The position numbers and the translations under genes were made by a program. 64,000 nt of DNA from Eledone cirrhosa (taxonomy: Eukaryota). The notes under the pieces were generated by a model that made no database searches, was not told the origin of the DNA, and was given only the letters and a program-made list of their open reading frames with translations. The DNA lies in contig OZ024742.1 in assembly GCA_964016885.1 (NCBI GenBank), forward strand, positions 28,644,001 through 28,708,000, in the 5' to 3' direction. Numbering within the stretch: the first letter of the stretch is position 1; every line of letters begins with the position of its first letter. This document shows, piece by piece, positions 44,747 to 57,052 of the stretch.

Positions 44747-44895
44747 CAGATTTGTTTTATAAATAAATATTGACATACCCGGAAAAAAGACAACCTTAAC
44801 GGTTGGAGCTTCCTGGATAGACTATCCAGGAAGCTCCAACCGTTAAGGTTGTCTTTTTTCCGGGTATGTCAATATTTATTTATAAAACAAATCTG

Positions 44896-44961
44896 TATTT
44901 TATCTGATGAAAGCGCACCATAATTTTATTTGGTTGCCCTTGAAATATGTATAATAAAATA
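44896..44961 (+). ncRNA. Type I hammerhead ribozyme (family C)
   Basis: TATTTTAT-CTGATGA-AAG...CTT-GAAA-TATGTATA-ATAAAATA; 8-bp stem I, minimal stem III, predicted AUA site after 44953. Confidence 0.7.
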
Positions 44962-45113
44962 AATATGGTTTTATAAATATAGTATCCCTTTATTAATATA
45001 TTGTGTATTTACTCCACTAACTTGTTGAGTGCTTTATATCAGTTATAAAAATGTTTAAGCTTGTTGAATCCCAACAAATTAAATATAACCTCTGCATATA
45101 TATATATATATAT

Positions 45114-45387
45114 ATAATATAAGATCATATAAGAATATGTTGATTTAAAACTGCACTATCCACAAGTGTTTTTTAGCCTTCATATCATGTTCTCCTGTTT
45201 TATCTGATGAAAACACAAATATTATTGCATGATGATGTTTGTTTTTGAAATGCGCATAATAAAATACATGGAACTCCTTTAACCATCTTTTGATCTTATA
45301 TTATGTATACTCCAGTCCTACAAACTGTAGAGTGCTTCTTATCCGATATCTGCATTGCTTTATTGTACTACAATAAAACTCACCTCC

Positions 45388-45390
<3 letters not shown>
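45114..45390 (+). mobile_element. Family C-related element with hammerhead at 45196-45266
   Basis: TGTTTTAT-CTGATGA-stem II-GAAA-TGCGCATA-ATAAAATA; residual IR ATAATATAAGATCA/TGATCTTATATTAT; tail variant TGTAGAGTGC. Confidence 0.75.
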
Positions 45391-45479
<89 letters not shown>

Positions 45480-45480
<1 letters not shown>

Positions 45481-45601
45481 CAAAGGAATTGTGGTAAGGA
45501 ACCAGATGGACCATAAGGCCCCAGAGTACTCAATACTGGGAAATAAGAAAAAGTATGACCCGACGGTAGAGCTCAAGCCGTCGGGTCATACTTTTTCTTA
45601 T
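45480..45601 (-). mobile_element. Family A fold-back element, short copy 4
   Basis: 24-bp perfect arms 45543-45566/45578-45601; same tail with an internal deletion. Confidence 0.85.
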
Positions 45602-45624
45602 ATTTATATATATATATATATATA

Positions 45625-45920
45625 TTTAAAAGTTAAACAAGGTTCAATGAATAAATCAAAGAATGAGTTTTACCATAGATTGGAAGCACTCAACAGAAAT
45701 GGTTTTCCAGAGTTATTAATATTAATTCAAAATATTAACAAAATAGACTGAATCTTAAATATTAACAAAATGACTGAATCTTAACCATCTACTATGTCAG
45801 GGTATATCATGCATCATCTTATTTTATCTGATGAGGACGTACTGTTGAAGTTAAATCAGTACCTCTGAAATATGTATAATAAAATATACTTGATCACAAG
45901 AATATCTATTTTGTTAATAT
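45625..45920. mobile_element. Family C-related element with hammerhead at 45820-45886 (+)
   Basis: TATTTTAT-CTGATGA...GTACTG...CAGTAC...GAAA-TATGTATA-ATAAAATA; inverted tail motif GCACTCAACA; IR ATATTAACAAAATAGA/TCTATTTTGTTAATAT. Confidence 0.75.
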
Positions 45921-45953
45921 ATATATATATATATATAGTTTTAATATAGATGA

Positions 45954-46002
45954 GATTCTACAGGACTAGAACTGTTTCATTCATTAGAAATCATCAGGAA
46001 TC
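45954..46002 (-). ncRNA. Type I hammerhead ribozyme (family B, mirror copy)
   Basis: Exact reverse complement of 46006-46054. Confidence 0.75.
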
Positions 46003-46005
46003 AGT

Positions 46006-46054
46006 GATTCCTGATGATTTCTAATGAATGAAACAGTTCTAGTCCTGTAGAATC
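46006..46054 (+). ncRNA. Type I hammerhead ribozyme (family B)
   Basis: GATTC-CTGATGA-TTTC-TAAT-GAAT-GAA-ACAG-TTCTAGTC-CTGT-A-GAATC; predicted GUA cleavage after 46049. Confidence 0.8.
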
Positions 46055-46137
46055 TCATCTATATTAAAACTGTTATATTCTGCTATGTATTGAGTACCTT
46101 ACTTACTGTGGTTACCTCCGATTCAACCCGGAATAAC

Positions 46138-46253
<116 letters not shown>

Positions 46254-47402
46254 TTCGTTTTGCAAGATTTCTCATCTGAAAAACGTGTGTTGATACAGAT
46301 ATTGTTATACTTTGGGAGGGTCATGCTGCCAATAAAAACACACGCACCTAACCCAATCGGTTAGTTTAATAAACAGATGGCTGTGTAGGAGAGGGGGGAG
46401 AGGGGAGAGAGAAAGAGGGAAAAGAGAAAGATGGAAAAGAGAAAGAGGGAAAAGAGAAAGAGGGAAGAGGGGGGAAAGAGGGAAGAGGGGGAAAGAGGGA
46501 AGAGGGAAGAGGGGAAGTGAAAGAGGGGAATAGAGGAAAGTGAAAGAGGGGGAAGAGGGAAGAGGGAGAAAGAGGGAAGAGGGGAAAAGAGGGAAAAGAG
46601 GGAAGAGGGGGAAGGGAAAGTGGGGAAAGTGAAAGAGGGGCAAGAGGGAAGAGGGGAAAGTGAAAGAGGGGGAAAGAGGGAAAAGTGAAAGAGGGGGAAA
46701 GAGAAAAGAGGGGGAAAGAGGGAAGAGGGAAAAAGAGGGGAAAGGGAAAGAGGGGGAAAGAGGGGAGAGGGGAAAGTGAAAGAGGGGGAAAGAGGAGGAA
46801 AGAAGAGAAGTGGAAGAGGGGGAAAAGGGAGAGTATATTCAGAAAAACACTCAAACTGAATGTGTACATGCGTGTTTTTGTTAATGTGTTTGTAAGTGTC
46901 CTAGTAATAAAAAAAGACGTGTGTGTGCTACAGTGTGTGTGTGTGTGCTACCGTGTGCGTGTGTGTGCGCGTGCGCGTGTGCGTGTGCGTGTGCCTGTGC
47001 ATGAGTGAGATCTGTATGTGGGTTGTGTGCGTCTGTGACGGTAGCCTGTGTGTGTGTGTGTATGGTCGTGTATGAAATTAGCTATGTGTATGTGGTGGTG
47101 GTGTGGGTGGAGGGTAGCATGCATGTCGTGGTGGGGTGTGGGTAGTATGCATGTGGTGGTGTTGGGGGTGGGGAGTGGGGGGTAGTAGTGTGCATGTGGT
47201 GGTGTTGGTGGTGGGGAGTGGGGGTAGTAGTATGCATGTGGTGGTGTTGGTAGGGGGAAGTAGTGTGTGTGTGTGGCTGATTTTATTTTGCTAAGAGCGA
47301 AACAGCCTGTGGATGTGTGTGTGTGTGTGTGTAAGTAACAGATATGTATGTGTGTGTGTGTGTGTGCCAGTGATCGTAGTGTACTAGGAACGAAAGAGCG
47401 TA

Positions 47403-47458
<56 letters not shown>

Positions 47459-47865
47459 GAAGAGAGAGAGTGGGGAAGGGGAAGAGAGAGAGTGGGGAAG
47501 GGGAAGAGAGAGAGAGATGGGGAAGGGGAAGAGAGAGAGATGGGGAAGGAGAAGAAAGAGAGTGTGGAAGAGAGAGAGAGGGGGGAGAGAGAGAGTGGGG
47601 AAGAGGGAAGAGAAATTAAGACCTGAAACACCCAGTGAAGTGTCCTATATTTGGGTCTCCTGGATGAAGGTGACTATGTTGTAAGACCCAGTGACTCCAG
47701 GATACATGATGTGTCCAAGGTTGTGGATATGTGAAGATCCGTGGATATGTGAAGATCCCAAAGTGTCCACACATTACGATAGGATTTAGGTTTTGGCTCC
47801 TACATGTCCCGGGTTGAGCAATCACGTTGAGTCGGCTTTTATCAATGAAACTACTTACGTAAAAT

Positions 47866-48308
47866 ATAGCTACATACAATATCCTAGCTACATACATACA
47901 ATATCATAGATTCAAACATACACTATCAGAGCTACATACACTACCATAGCTACATACATTACCATAGCTACATACACTACCATAGATACATACACTACCA
48001 TAGCTACATACACTACCATAGCTACATACACTACCATAGCTACATACACTACCATAGCTACATACACTATCATAGCTACATACACTACCATAGCTACATA
48101 CACTATCATAGCTACATACACTACCATACATACACTACCATAGCTACATACACTACCATAGATACATACACTACCATACATACACTACCATAGCTACATA
48201 CACTACCATAGCTACATACACTACCATACATACATACACTACCATAGCTACATACACTACCATAGCTACATACACTACCATAGGTATATACAATACCATA
48301 GCTACATT
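47866..48308. repeat. 18-bp minisatellite
   Basis: TAGCTACATACACTACCA, about 22 copies. Confidence 0.95.
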
Positions 48309-48319
48309 CATGTCGTCAG

Positions 48320-50130
48320 CATAGATCGTAAGAGAGATTATCTATACAAACTAAGATTATGTCTTAGAAAGCCACCACAAAAACCAGAATGCCTTTTGTC
48401 TTTTAAGACGTTTTATGGACACCGCGTAGTTTGTAACTTATTCCATGATCAACTGTATCGGAGGTCTTTGCAAAGTCAATATACTGTATGTCACATCCAC
48501 GTCTGAGCGATTTAGCACCAGTTTCAACACTCAGGGATAATGCTGCAAAAACTCTATAAGTCAGCTTCTTCGCGAACAAAAGCCATGCTTGTGTCAGTTA
48601 GCTAACCATTTCCCTCTGAAAACCTGATCAGTTTCCATCTGATAAATCGTTCTATGGCTTTTATGATATTCAATTCTTAACATCTGCTCTGCTTCCTCTT
48701 CTATGACATATGCCTTACAGATAGTTTACGACATACGAAGAAGCTTTGAAAGAGGATCTGCCGTAGTTTTACTAAGTTCCGTTTGCATATTTTAGGCTGG
48801 CTGAAAACGTGTCAAGGCCGGCAACTGTCAAGGCCGGCAACATTTTCTTCCATTATGTCGATGTAATTTGTGTATAAGTGAGTAAAGGTGTGTTGTCAGA
48901 GAACTCAACTGGTTTATTTACTTTCATGTCTCTTCAAAGATGTAAAAATACTTTTGTATTTCTGAATCACTATTTCACATCACTGCTGTTCTGTAATGAT
49001 TGAGCTATTTTGATGAAACAGTAATCCTATCCTGTAGTGTACTGAGTGAAATTCTTTTAAAGGGGGCTTTAGGGGTTGTTTTCCTATTTTCTCTACACTT
49101 TACATGGCGGTGTTTGAGTTCATTTTCAATTTCAAAAAGAACTCGCTTCAAATCGGATCCATCGTCTTTTTATTCTGTATTTTACTATTTAGATATCTTC
49201 GTTAGTCGCTTCATAAGATTTTCACTATTTCTGGGAATTATGTTTTTGTGTGTTTGCTTTTCTCTCCGGAACGAATTTAAAACATACGGCTTGAACTGAT
49301 GTCATGAAAAGCTTACGTTCCATGCCAACGTCATGCAATAAGAAACTAGTGAACCAGTTATCTTTCATAATTTCTTTCTGAATCATTTTCCAGTTAGCTT
49401 TGTGAAAGTTTAGGCTGATAGATTTCGGCTGCTTCTTGTAGATTATATATCAACATTTATCCTCGGCCCATACGCTGTAAGTTCTATGTTATGGTCTGAG
49501 GAAATGGTCAGTGTTACCTTCACATCATGGATGATTTCCACGCTATTTGTGAAGGAGTGATCTAACAACAATCTTACCCTTTATCGAATGTAGTACACCT
49601 TGTTCCATGAATGGCAAGTTTATAGTGAAACCAAGCAAGGAATCTGTTTGATTTATCTCGTATCATTCCTCAGAGAAATTGGTCTTCGGGTAATTTCACT
49701 TTGCGTAGAATAACATCTCCCAAAATAAAATCTACCAGGCCTTAATCTAGTTTAGGCAGCACTTCAAATTTGTCCTCGCGATTCGGGGCGTCTGGTGGCC
49801 GATATGTGGTACATTACAATTTGGGGTTGTTTTACGTGTCTTATTAGTGTGTTACACACAGAACTGGAGTGTAACAACAGGACTAGGGGAAAGACTTGTT
49901 CAAGGATTTACATGAAAACTTCACCATGAATTCTTTCTCTCCTGTCATTAAGAAATATAGCATGTTTTGGTATGTATAATTTCGCACGTGTTATGTTAGC
50001 TGTTAGATATGTTTTAGAAAATGCCACGTATATTGTTCGATTGCAAGTGCCTAACTTTCTCAGGTAGGACATTTTACACTTAATTTTAAGTGTTACCTGG
50101 CTTCTGGCATTCAGGTGTGATATTTGATGT
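48320..50130 (-). pseudogene. Decayed non-LTR retrotransposon ORF (APE endonuclease plus linker)
   Basis: Minus-strand fragments IYVAFSKTYLT, IFLNDRRERIHGEV and FTNSVEIIHDVKVTLTISSDHNIEL match APE-domain motif order (ET..L, R.DR..GG, SDH); many stops and frameshifts. Confidence 0.7.
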
Positions 50131-50716
50131 CAGAAGTGACCACTGATGTGACATTTGGAGAGGCGTCTGTGGTGGCTGGCTACTGTGAAACCCTACTTGA
50201 TTCTATGATATAAAACTATTTATCTGAAAGTGTTTATATTTATCTAAAAGATTTTCATTTCATTTTATGTAAGAACATACGTTAAGCTATGTTCCAAATT
50301 CTACCTTAATGAGAAAGGTAATGGTTTGTTGCTGTTTTTTTTTTTTTTACTAAATTCCTCTAAACTCAATTATTTTTGAAATTATTTGTATTTGATAATG
50401 ATATGCAGTGGCTTTTATAGGAAATATGATAATGAAAGGGTTAAAAAAATATTTAAGTTCAATTTAAAATGGTTGGATAAATATTGAAAAGGGAATTCGT
50501 TCTTATTAAATTTCCCATCCAGAAGAAGAAACCAGCTATAATCAAAAATTCGAAGTCACTGTCAATATTTTCTTTGTAAAAAGAAATTATATGCTCTACA
50601 TATATGTATTGCCCCCTTTTTCGGTTAATGTGTAATTCTCTTTATATATGGTTATACATAAAACACAATAATATATGTAGGTGTACATATAATTATGTAT
50701 ATACGCACATTTATGT

Positions 50717-50780
<64 letters not shown>

Positions 50781-51895
50781 TACCTCTACAAATGTTGGCC
50801 TTACACTCCAATATCAATCTATTTTCTGTTATATTTGCACCAATATGTAAATATATTCAACAATAAAGGATATTCTTCAATAAAGCAATATTGTATTCAC
50901 TGGCTGTAAGTGTGTGTATATACACACTTGTGTGCTTGCGGTTGAGTATGTGTATGTATGCATGTGTGAGTACATGTATGTGTACATGTGTGCGTGTGTA
51001 TGTTTACACGTGCGCGCTTGTATGTGTGCGCTTGTATGTGTGCGTTTGTATGTGTGCATGTGTATGCGTACGCGCGTCTTGTGGTTGTGCTTAGGTCTAT
51101 ATTTTTAGTTTATGTGTGCGTGAATATGTGGCTGTGACGTCAAACACTTTTAACATACATATAAATTGATATATATACATATATATCTCTATATATATAT
51201 ACACCTGTTCATACATACATACACACACGTATATATATTTTTATATACACACATACATATGCATATCCATACACATACGTGTGTGTGTGTTTGTTTATAT
51301 GTATGATGTATGCACGAAGATTCAGAGAGATGTACATACATATAAAGATATGTTTGTGTGTTCCAATGTATGTGTACAATCAATTAGTTGTGTTTTTCCA
51401 TAGCCTCAGGTCGGCCAAATCCTTGTGAGAGAAATTTGGTAGACGGAAACTGTATACTTACATTAATTATATATACACTTATTGAGTATTATCCAAACAT
51501 ATAGTTGTCTATCATTTGTGTGTGTGTGGCTGCGTATGTATATGTGTGTGTCTGCGTATGTATGTATATGTGTGTGTGTGAGTTTACATATTTACTTCGA
51601 CACACATTTTATATTTTTTCCGTATTATTCTGGGGGTTTTTTCTCATCTATCTATCTTTACCTTTTTTCTCATTCTATCATTGGATGAAAGACTAATGTC
51701 CGAAATGTTAACATTATTTTTTCAAAATGTATCAAGAGTTAAATTAATATACCATTATTGTATTTTATTATATTGTTCTCTCGCGTTGCTTTTCTTTGTT
51801 CATTCTTTTATATATCAGTAATACAGATATGTACATCAAAGCTTCGCTTCTTCTGACTCCCCAAAACAGCGCTTACCATTATGAATTTCTACATA

Positions 51896-52014
51896 TACGA
51901 GGGTCGACTGAAATGTTCATAGTCTCTGGGAAATGTATGTTGAAAAATAAGCCCCATTTGGTTATTCCATGAGAGTATTTTGGTCAGCCTCTGAACATTC
52001 AGTCGACCCTCGTA
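51896..52014. mobile_element. Mariner-type MITE, internally deleted
   Basis: TA-CGAGGGTCGACTGAAATGTTCA / TGAACATTCAGTCGACCCTCG-TA. Confidence 0.85.
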
Positions 52015-52064
52015 TATACATACATATGCATAATATATATATACATATGCATTATATATATATA

Positions 52065-52222
52065 TGTTTAATTAGAAATGGCTTCTACAGGACTAGAACT
52101 GTTTCATTCAAAAGATGATTTATATATAGTCCTGTAGAAGCGATATCTATATTAAACAATGTTTACACTATTAATATGTTGAGTACCTTACTGTAGTTAC
52201 CCTCCAATTGAACCCGGGACTC
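52065..52222 (+). mobile_element. Family B fold-back element with rearranged centre
   Basis: GCTTCTACAGGACTA / TAGTCCTGTAGAAGC arms; tail TGTTGAGTACCTTAC...GAACCCGGGACTC matches 33878-33926. Confidence 0.8.
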
Positions 52223-52228
52223 TCTCTC

Positions 52229-52302
<74 letters not shown>

Positions 52303-52303
<1 letters not shown>

Positions 52304-53390
52304 CTATTTATATATAAAACAGAGGATGTCTGTGTAAATCCCTAAAACTCGAGAAGTACCCGACGATTTTTTTCAAACTTTACACATACTTTAGTTATAT
52401 TTCTTGAAGTGGAATGGGGGGGGGGGGGGGAGAATCGTATTTTTAAAGGCATTTTTAGGCTCTTTTGAGGCGTAACTTAAAGCCGAGTTCCTCAAAATTT
52501 GCAGCACTCATTAGTTAGTCCCCTCGCATTGATGTTGACAAAAACAATTTCCGATTCCATTAATGGTTTCTAGGAAATTATGAATTTCAATATGAACGCT
52601 ACTTAAACATCGTAAGTAGCGTATAATATTTCGTTAAAACTTTGGTTTATTTAACAGAGGACACAGCACTTACTTACTTTTAAGCAGGACGATTTTCAGG
52701 GGATTGAGGAAGTGAGGAGGACCTTAAAATGTTTGTCGACGCCCTGTTGACTCTTCGTGCTTTCATCACGCGCATATCCGGGCCCTGTGTACGTTGCCGT
52801 GTTATTGACACCATAAAACTCACGCCTGTGCTACTTCTACTAAGACCTCTTTTATTGTACCTGCACCGCAGTATCGACGCCCTGCGCAAGTACGCCGAAC
52901 AGCGGTTGTGCTTGCTAATTCCGCGGTGACCCCTTTTGTCGCACCTTTATTGATGTGTAAACGCAGTACAACCAGTGCCACCCAGCGTTTGTGCTAATTG
53001 CACTATGACCCCCTTCTGCTGCAGCTGCGTTGCCACGCTGATTTTGTCATCTCAATATCTCTACTTAAACGTACATCCCTACTTGGTTTTCACACAATTT
53101 ACTACGTTGCTCCTTCAGACTGACGTGTGTTCCCCCATCCGTGACGTAATTCGTGAACAGACTTACAACATACATCGCCCCACAACACTTACTTACTCCT
53201 TTCGCATACAGGATTTCCGCAATCAGCCCACTGACACTGTTAGTATTGGATTCGGCCTCTGGTGTTCTACGTTTCCAGTAGATGAACAACCATTACCTGA
53301 GAATAAGGGAATTCAAAAAGTACACAGCTACATTCCTCAATCTTTGCATATGCGTTTCCTACCCCATGCAACGCCGGGTCCTGCTGTTAG
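52303..53390 (+). mobile_element. Non-autonomous Helitron-like element
   Basis: 5' TCTATTTATATATAAAA; 3' hairpin ACCCCATGCAACGCCGGGT followed about 10 nt later by TTAG then T (CTAG variant); no TSD. Confidence 0.6.
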
Positions 53391-53711
53391 TATAATTGTA
53401 TATCTCTCCCTTCTTTTCATTATCTATCAATTTCTTTCTCATGCTATATATCTGCCAAACTCACTAAGAGTTTGATAACAAGGACCCACTTCAAATTCTT
53501 TATACCCAAGGCCCACATACAGAGTCTATTTCATGTAACAGTTTGAAACTGAAAAGACCCATAAAGAACGCCTACTTTTACCTCAGCCTTAATATATCTT
53601 AGTCTCACGTATTATGTTAATTTAACTCTTTCAAATTCATATATGGTTGAAAGTGTGTTTGTATATATGCCAATGTACTATGGTACGAATCTATGTAAAT
53701 GTATGTATGTA

Positions 53712-53742
<31 letters not shown>

Positions 53743-53813
53743 ATATGTGTGTGTGCGTGTGTATGTGTGTGTGTATCTATGTGTATGTGTGTATGTATGT
53801 ATATATGTATGTA

Positions 53814-53871
<58 letters not shown>

Positions 53872-54426
53872 CAGGAGTAACCGGAAACCGCATGTGTGCC
53901 ACATCTATGAAAGAGTATGCAGGAACACGGTAGGTTTCTTGACCCTTCAGCACAACGTTGAAGAGATGGCCCCCTTCAGTAAAGAAGTGGCCGTTATGTA
54001 ATCATGTATGTATATATTTGTGTAAGTGTGTAAATATAGATGTGTGTGTGTGTGTATGTATATATGTGTGTGTATGTATGTATATCTACATGTGTGTGTG
54101 TGTGTGTAATACGTAGTCTCTGCCTTAGCGACAGCAAATCTATTTTAAGACTTCTTTTGGAATTTTATGCTGTTAAAATGTCTTGCTATGTCTTGATATG
54201 TGTCAATATAAATATGGATTAGAAAAATAATTAGTCAAGTAAATTAATTAATACAGTACTGTGAAAAGAATACGTTTTTTCAAGGAAGAAAAAAAACTAA
54301 TAAACCAAAATATTATTTTGGTTTATTATGTCTTTTTTTTTTTTTTTTGTATATTTTTGTTAGGCTAAACCTGAACCATTCACTGGAAGAATGGACGTAA
54401 AGATTCTAAATAATTTAATACATAAT

Positions 54427-54594
54427 TTGTTTCTACGTTTAGCACAAGGCCAGCATAGAGTTACGGCCCTTACCATTCTGAGTTCAAATCCCGCCGAGGT
54501 TAACTTTGCCTTTCATCCTTACGGGGTCGATAAAATAAAGTACCAGTAATGTACTGGGATAATTGCTAGCCTTGTGCCAATAGTAGAAACAATT
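54427..54594 (+). mobile_element. S1 SINE whose 5' end is an inverted copy of its 3' end
   Basis: TGTTTCTACGTTTAGCACAAGGCCAGCA versus TGCTAGCCTTGTGCCAATAGTAGAAACA. Confidence 0.75.
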
Positions 54595-54604
54595 ATATAT
54601 ATCA

Positions 54605-54840
54605 TGAATTGTTCAGTTTGTCAGCGGAAATTCGGAAACTACCTGTAATATAAAGGATCACCCTCGTCACATAATATTATGTCACACAAAGCCTCTGAGA
54701 ATTACGCTAAGACTACACGTGTTTGTGTAATACCCAGTCATTTCTCACGTTAATTCCACCAGTAAGCTGTTCCGTTGATCAGGCTGGCTGTTCCGTTGAT
54801 TAAACAGCTGGAACACCTATCTATGAAACCGATGGAGGTT
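54605..54840 (+). mobile_element. S2 SINE 3' part
   Basis: CACGTTAATT...GCTGTTCCGTTGAT (duplicated)...AACCGATGGAG. Confidence 0.6.
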
Positions 54841-54867
54841 TATTTCGATGCTTAATGTTTTGTAGAG

Positions 54868-57052
54868 ATGGTAATTGTTACCGCTACATGTAATGTTGTG
54901 GTGGTGTGGTGGTAATTGTTACCGCTACATGTGATGTTGTGGTGGTGTGGTGGTAATTGTTACCGCTACATGTGATGATGCGGTGGTAATTGTTACCGCT
55001 ACATGTGATGTTGTGGTGGCAATTGTCACCGCTACATGTGATGTTGGCATGGCTGTTGCTGCTACATGCGTCGTTACACCTACATGTGTTACTGCGGTGG
55101 TAATTATCATTACCGCTACATGTGATGCTGCGGTGCTAGTTGCCGCTACACGTGTTGATGCTGAGGAGCTAGTTGTCATTGCTGCTACATGTGTTGTTGT
55201 GGTGATAATTACTGCTACATGTGTTGCTGCGGTGATAGTTGCCACCACTGTCGCTATATGTGTTGCTCTGGAAGTTGTCATTGCCGCTACATGTGTTACT
55301 GCGGTGCTAGTTGCCGCCACTGTCGCTATATGTGTTGCTCTGGAAGTTGTCATTGCCGCTACATGTGTTACTGCGGTGCTAGTTGCCGCCACTGTCGCTA
55401 TATGTGTTGCTCTGGAAGTTGTCATTGCCGCTACATGTGTTACTGCGGTACTAGTTGCCGCCACTGTCGCTATATGTGTTGCTCTGGAAGTTGTCATTGC
55501 CGCTACATGTGTTACTGCGGTGCTAGTTGCCGCCACTGTCGCTATATGTGTTGCTCTGGAAGTTGTCATTGCCGCTACATGTGTTACTGCGGTGCTAGTT
55601 GCCGCCACTGTCGCTATATGTGTTGCTCTGGAAGTTGTCATTGCCGCTACATGTGTTACTGCGGTGCAGTTGCCGCCACTGTCGCTATATGTGTTGCTCT
55701 GGAAGTTGTCATTGCCGCTACATGTGTTACTGCGGTGCTAGTTGCCGCCACTGTCGCTATATGTGTTGCTCTGGAAGTTGTCATTGCCGCTACATGTGTT
55801 ACTGCGGTGCAGTTGCCGTCACTGTCGCTATATGTGTTGCTCTGGAAGTTGTCATTGCCGCTACATGTGTTACTGCGGTGCTAGTTGCCGCCACTGTCGC
55901 TATATGTGTTGCTCTGGAAGTTGTCATTGCCGCTACATGTGTTACTGCGGTGCTAGTTGCCGCCACTGTCGCTATATGTGTTGCTCTGGAAGTTGTCATT
56001 GCCGCTACATGTGTTACTGCGGTGCTAGTTGCCGCCACTGTCGCTATATGTGTTGCTCTGGAAGTTGTCATTGCCGCTACATGTGTTACTGCGGTGCTAG
56101 TTGCCGCCACTGCTGCTATATGTGTTGCTCTGGAAGTTGTCATTGCCGCTACATGTGTTACTGCGGTGCTAGTTGCCGCCACTGTCGCTATATGTGTTGC
56201 TCTGGAAGTTGTCATTGCCGCTACATGTGTTACTGCGGTACTAGTTGCCGCCACTGTCGCTATATGTGTTGCTCTGGAAGTTGTCATTGCCGCTACATGT
56301 GTTACTGCGGTGCTAGTTGCCGCCACTGTCGTTATATGTGTTGCTCTGGAAGTTGTCATTGCCGCTACATGTGTTACTGCGGTACTAGTTGCCGCCACTG
56401 TCGCTATATGTGTTGCTCTGGAAGTTGTCATTGCCGCTACATGTGTTACTGCGGTACTAGTTGCCGCCACTGTCGCTATATGTGTTGCTCTGGAAGTTGT
56501 CATTGCCGCTACATGTGTTACTGCGGTACTAGTTGCCGCCACTGTCGCTATATGTGTTGCTCTGGAAGTTGTCATTGCCGCTACATGTGTTACTGCGGTG
56601 CTAGTTGCCGCCACTGTCGTTATATGTGTTGCTCTGGAAGTTGTCATTGCCGCTACATGTGTTACTGCGGTACTAGTTGCCGCCACTGTCGCTATATGTG
56701 TTGCTCTGGAAGTTGTCATTGCCGCTACATGTGTTACTGCGGTACTAGTTGCCGCCACTGTCGCTATATGTGTTGCTCTGGAAGTTGTCATTGCCGCTAC
56801 ATGTGTTACTGCGGTACTAGTTGCCGCCACTGTCGCTATATGTGTTGCTCTGGAAGTTGTCATTGCCGCTACATGTGTTACTGCGGTGCTAGTTGCCGCC
56901 ACTGTCGTTATATGTGTTGCTCTGGAAGTTGTCATTGCCGCTACATGTGTTACTGCGGTACTAGTTGCCGCCACTGTCGCTATATGTGTTGCTCTGGAAG
57001 TTGTCATTGCCGCTACATGTGTTACTGCGGTGCTAGTTGCCGCCACTGCTGC
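54868..57052. repeat. 72-bp minisatellite (about 25 homogeneous copies) with a degenerate 36-42 bp leader
   Basis: GTTGCCGCCACTGTCGCTATATGTGTTGCTCTGGAAGTTGTCATTGCCGCTACATGTGTTACTGCGGT(G/A)CTA. Confidence 0.95.

Larger units (their letters stand above)
44640..45095 (+). mobile_element. Family C fold-back element with 363-bp perfect palindrome
   Basis: 181-bp arms 44640-44820/44822-45002; tail 45003-45095 with TGTTGAGTGC and terminal hairpin TTGTTG...CAACAA; (TA)n flanks. Confidence 0.9.
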
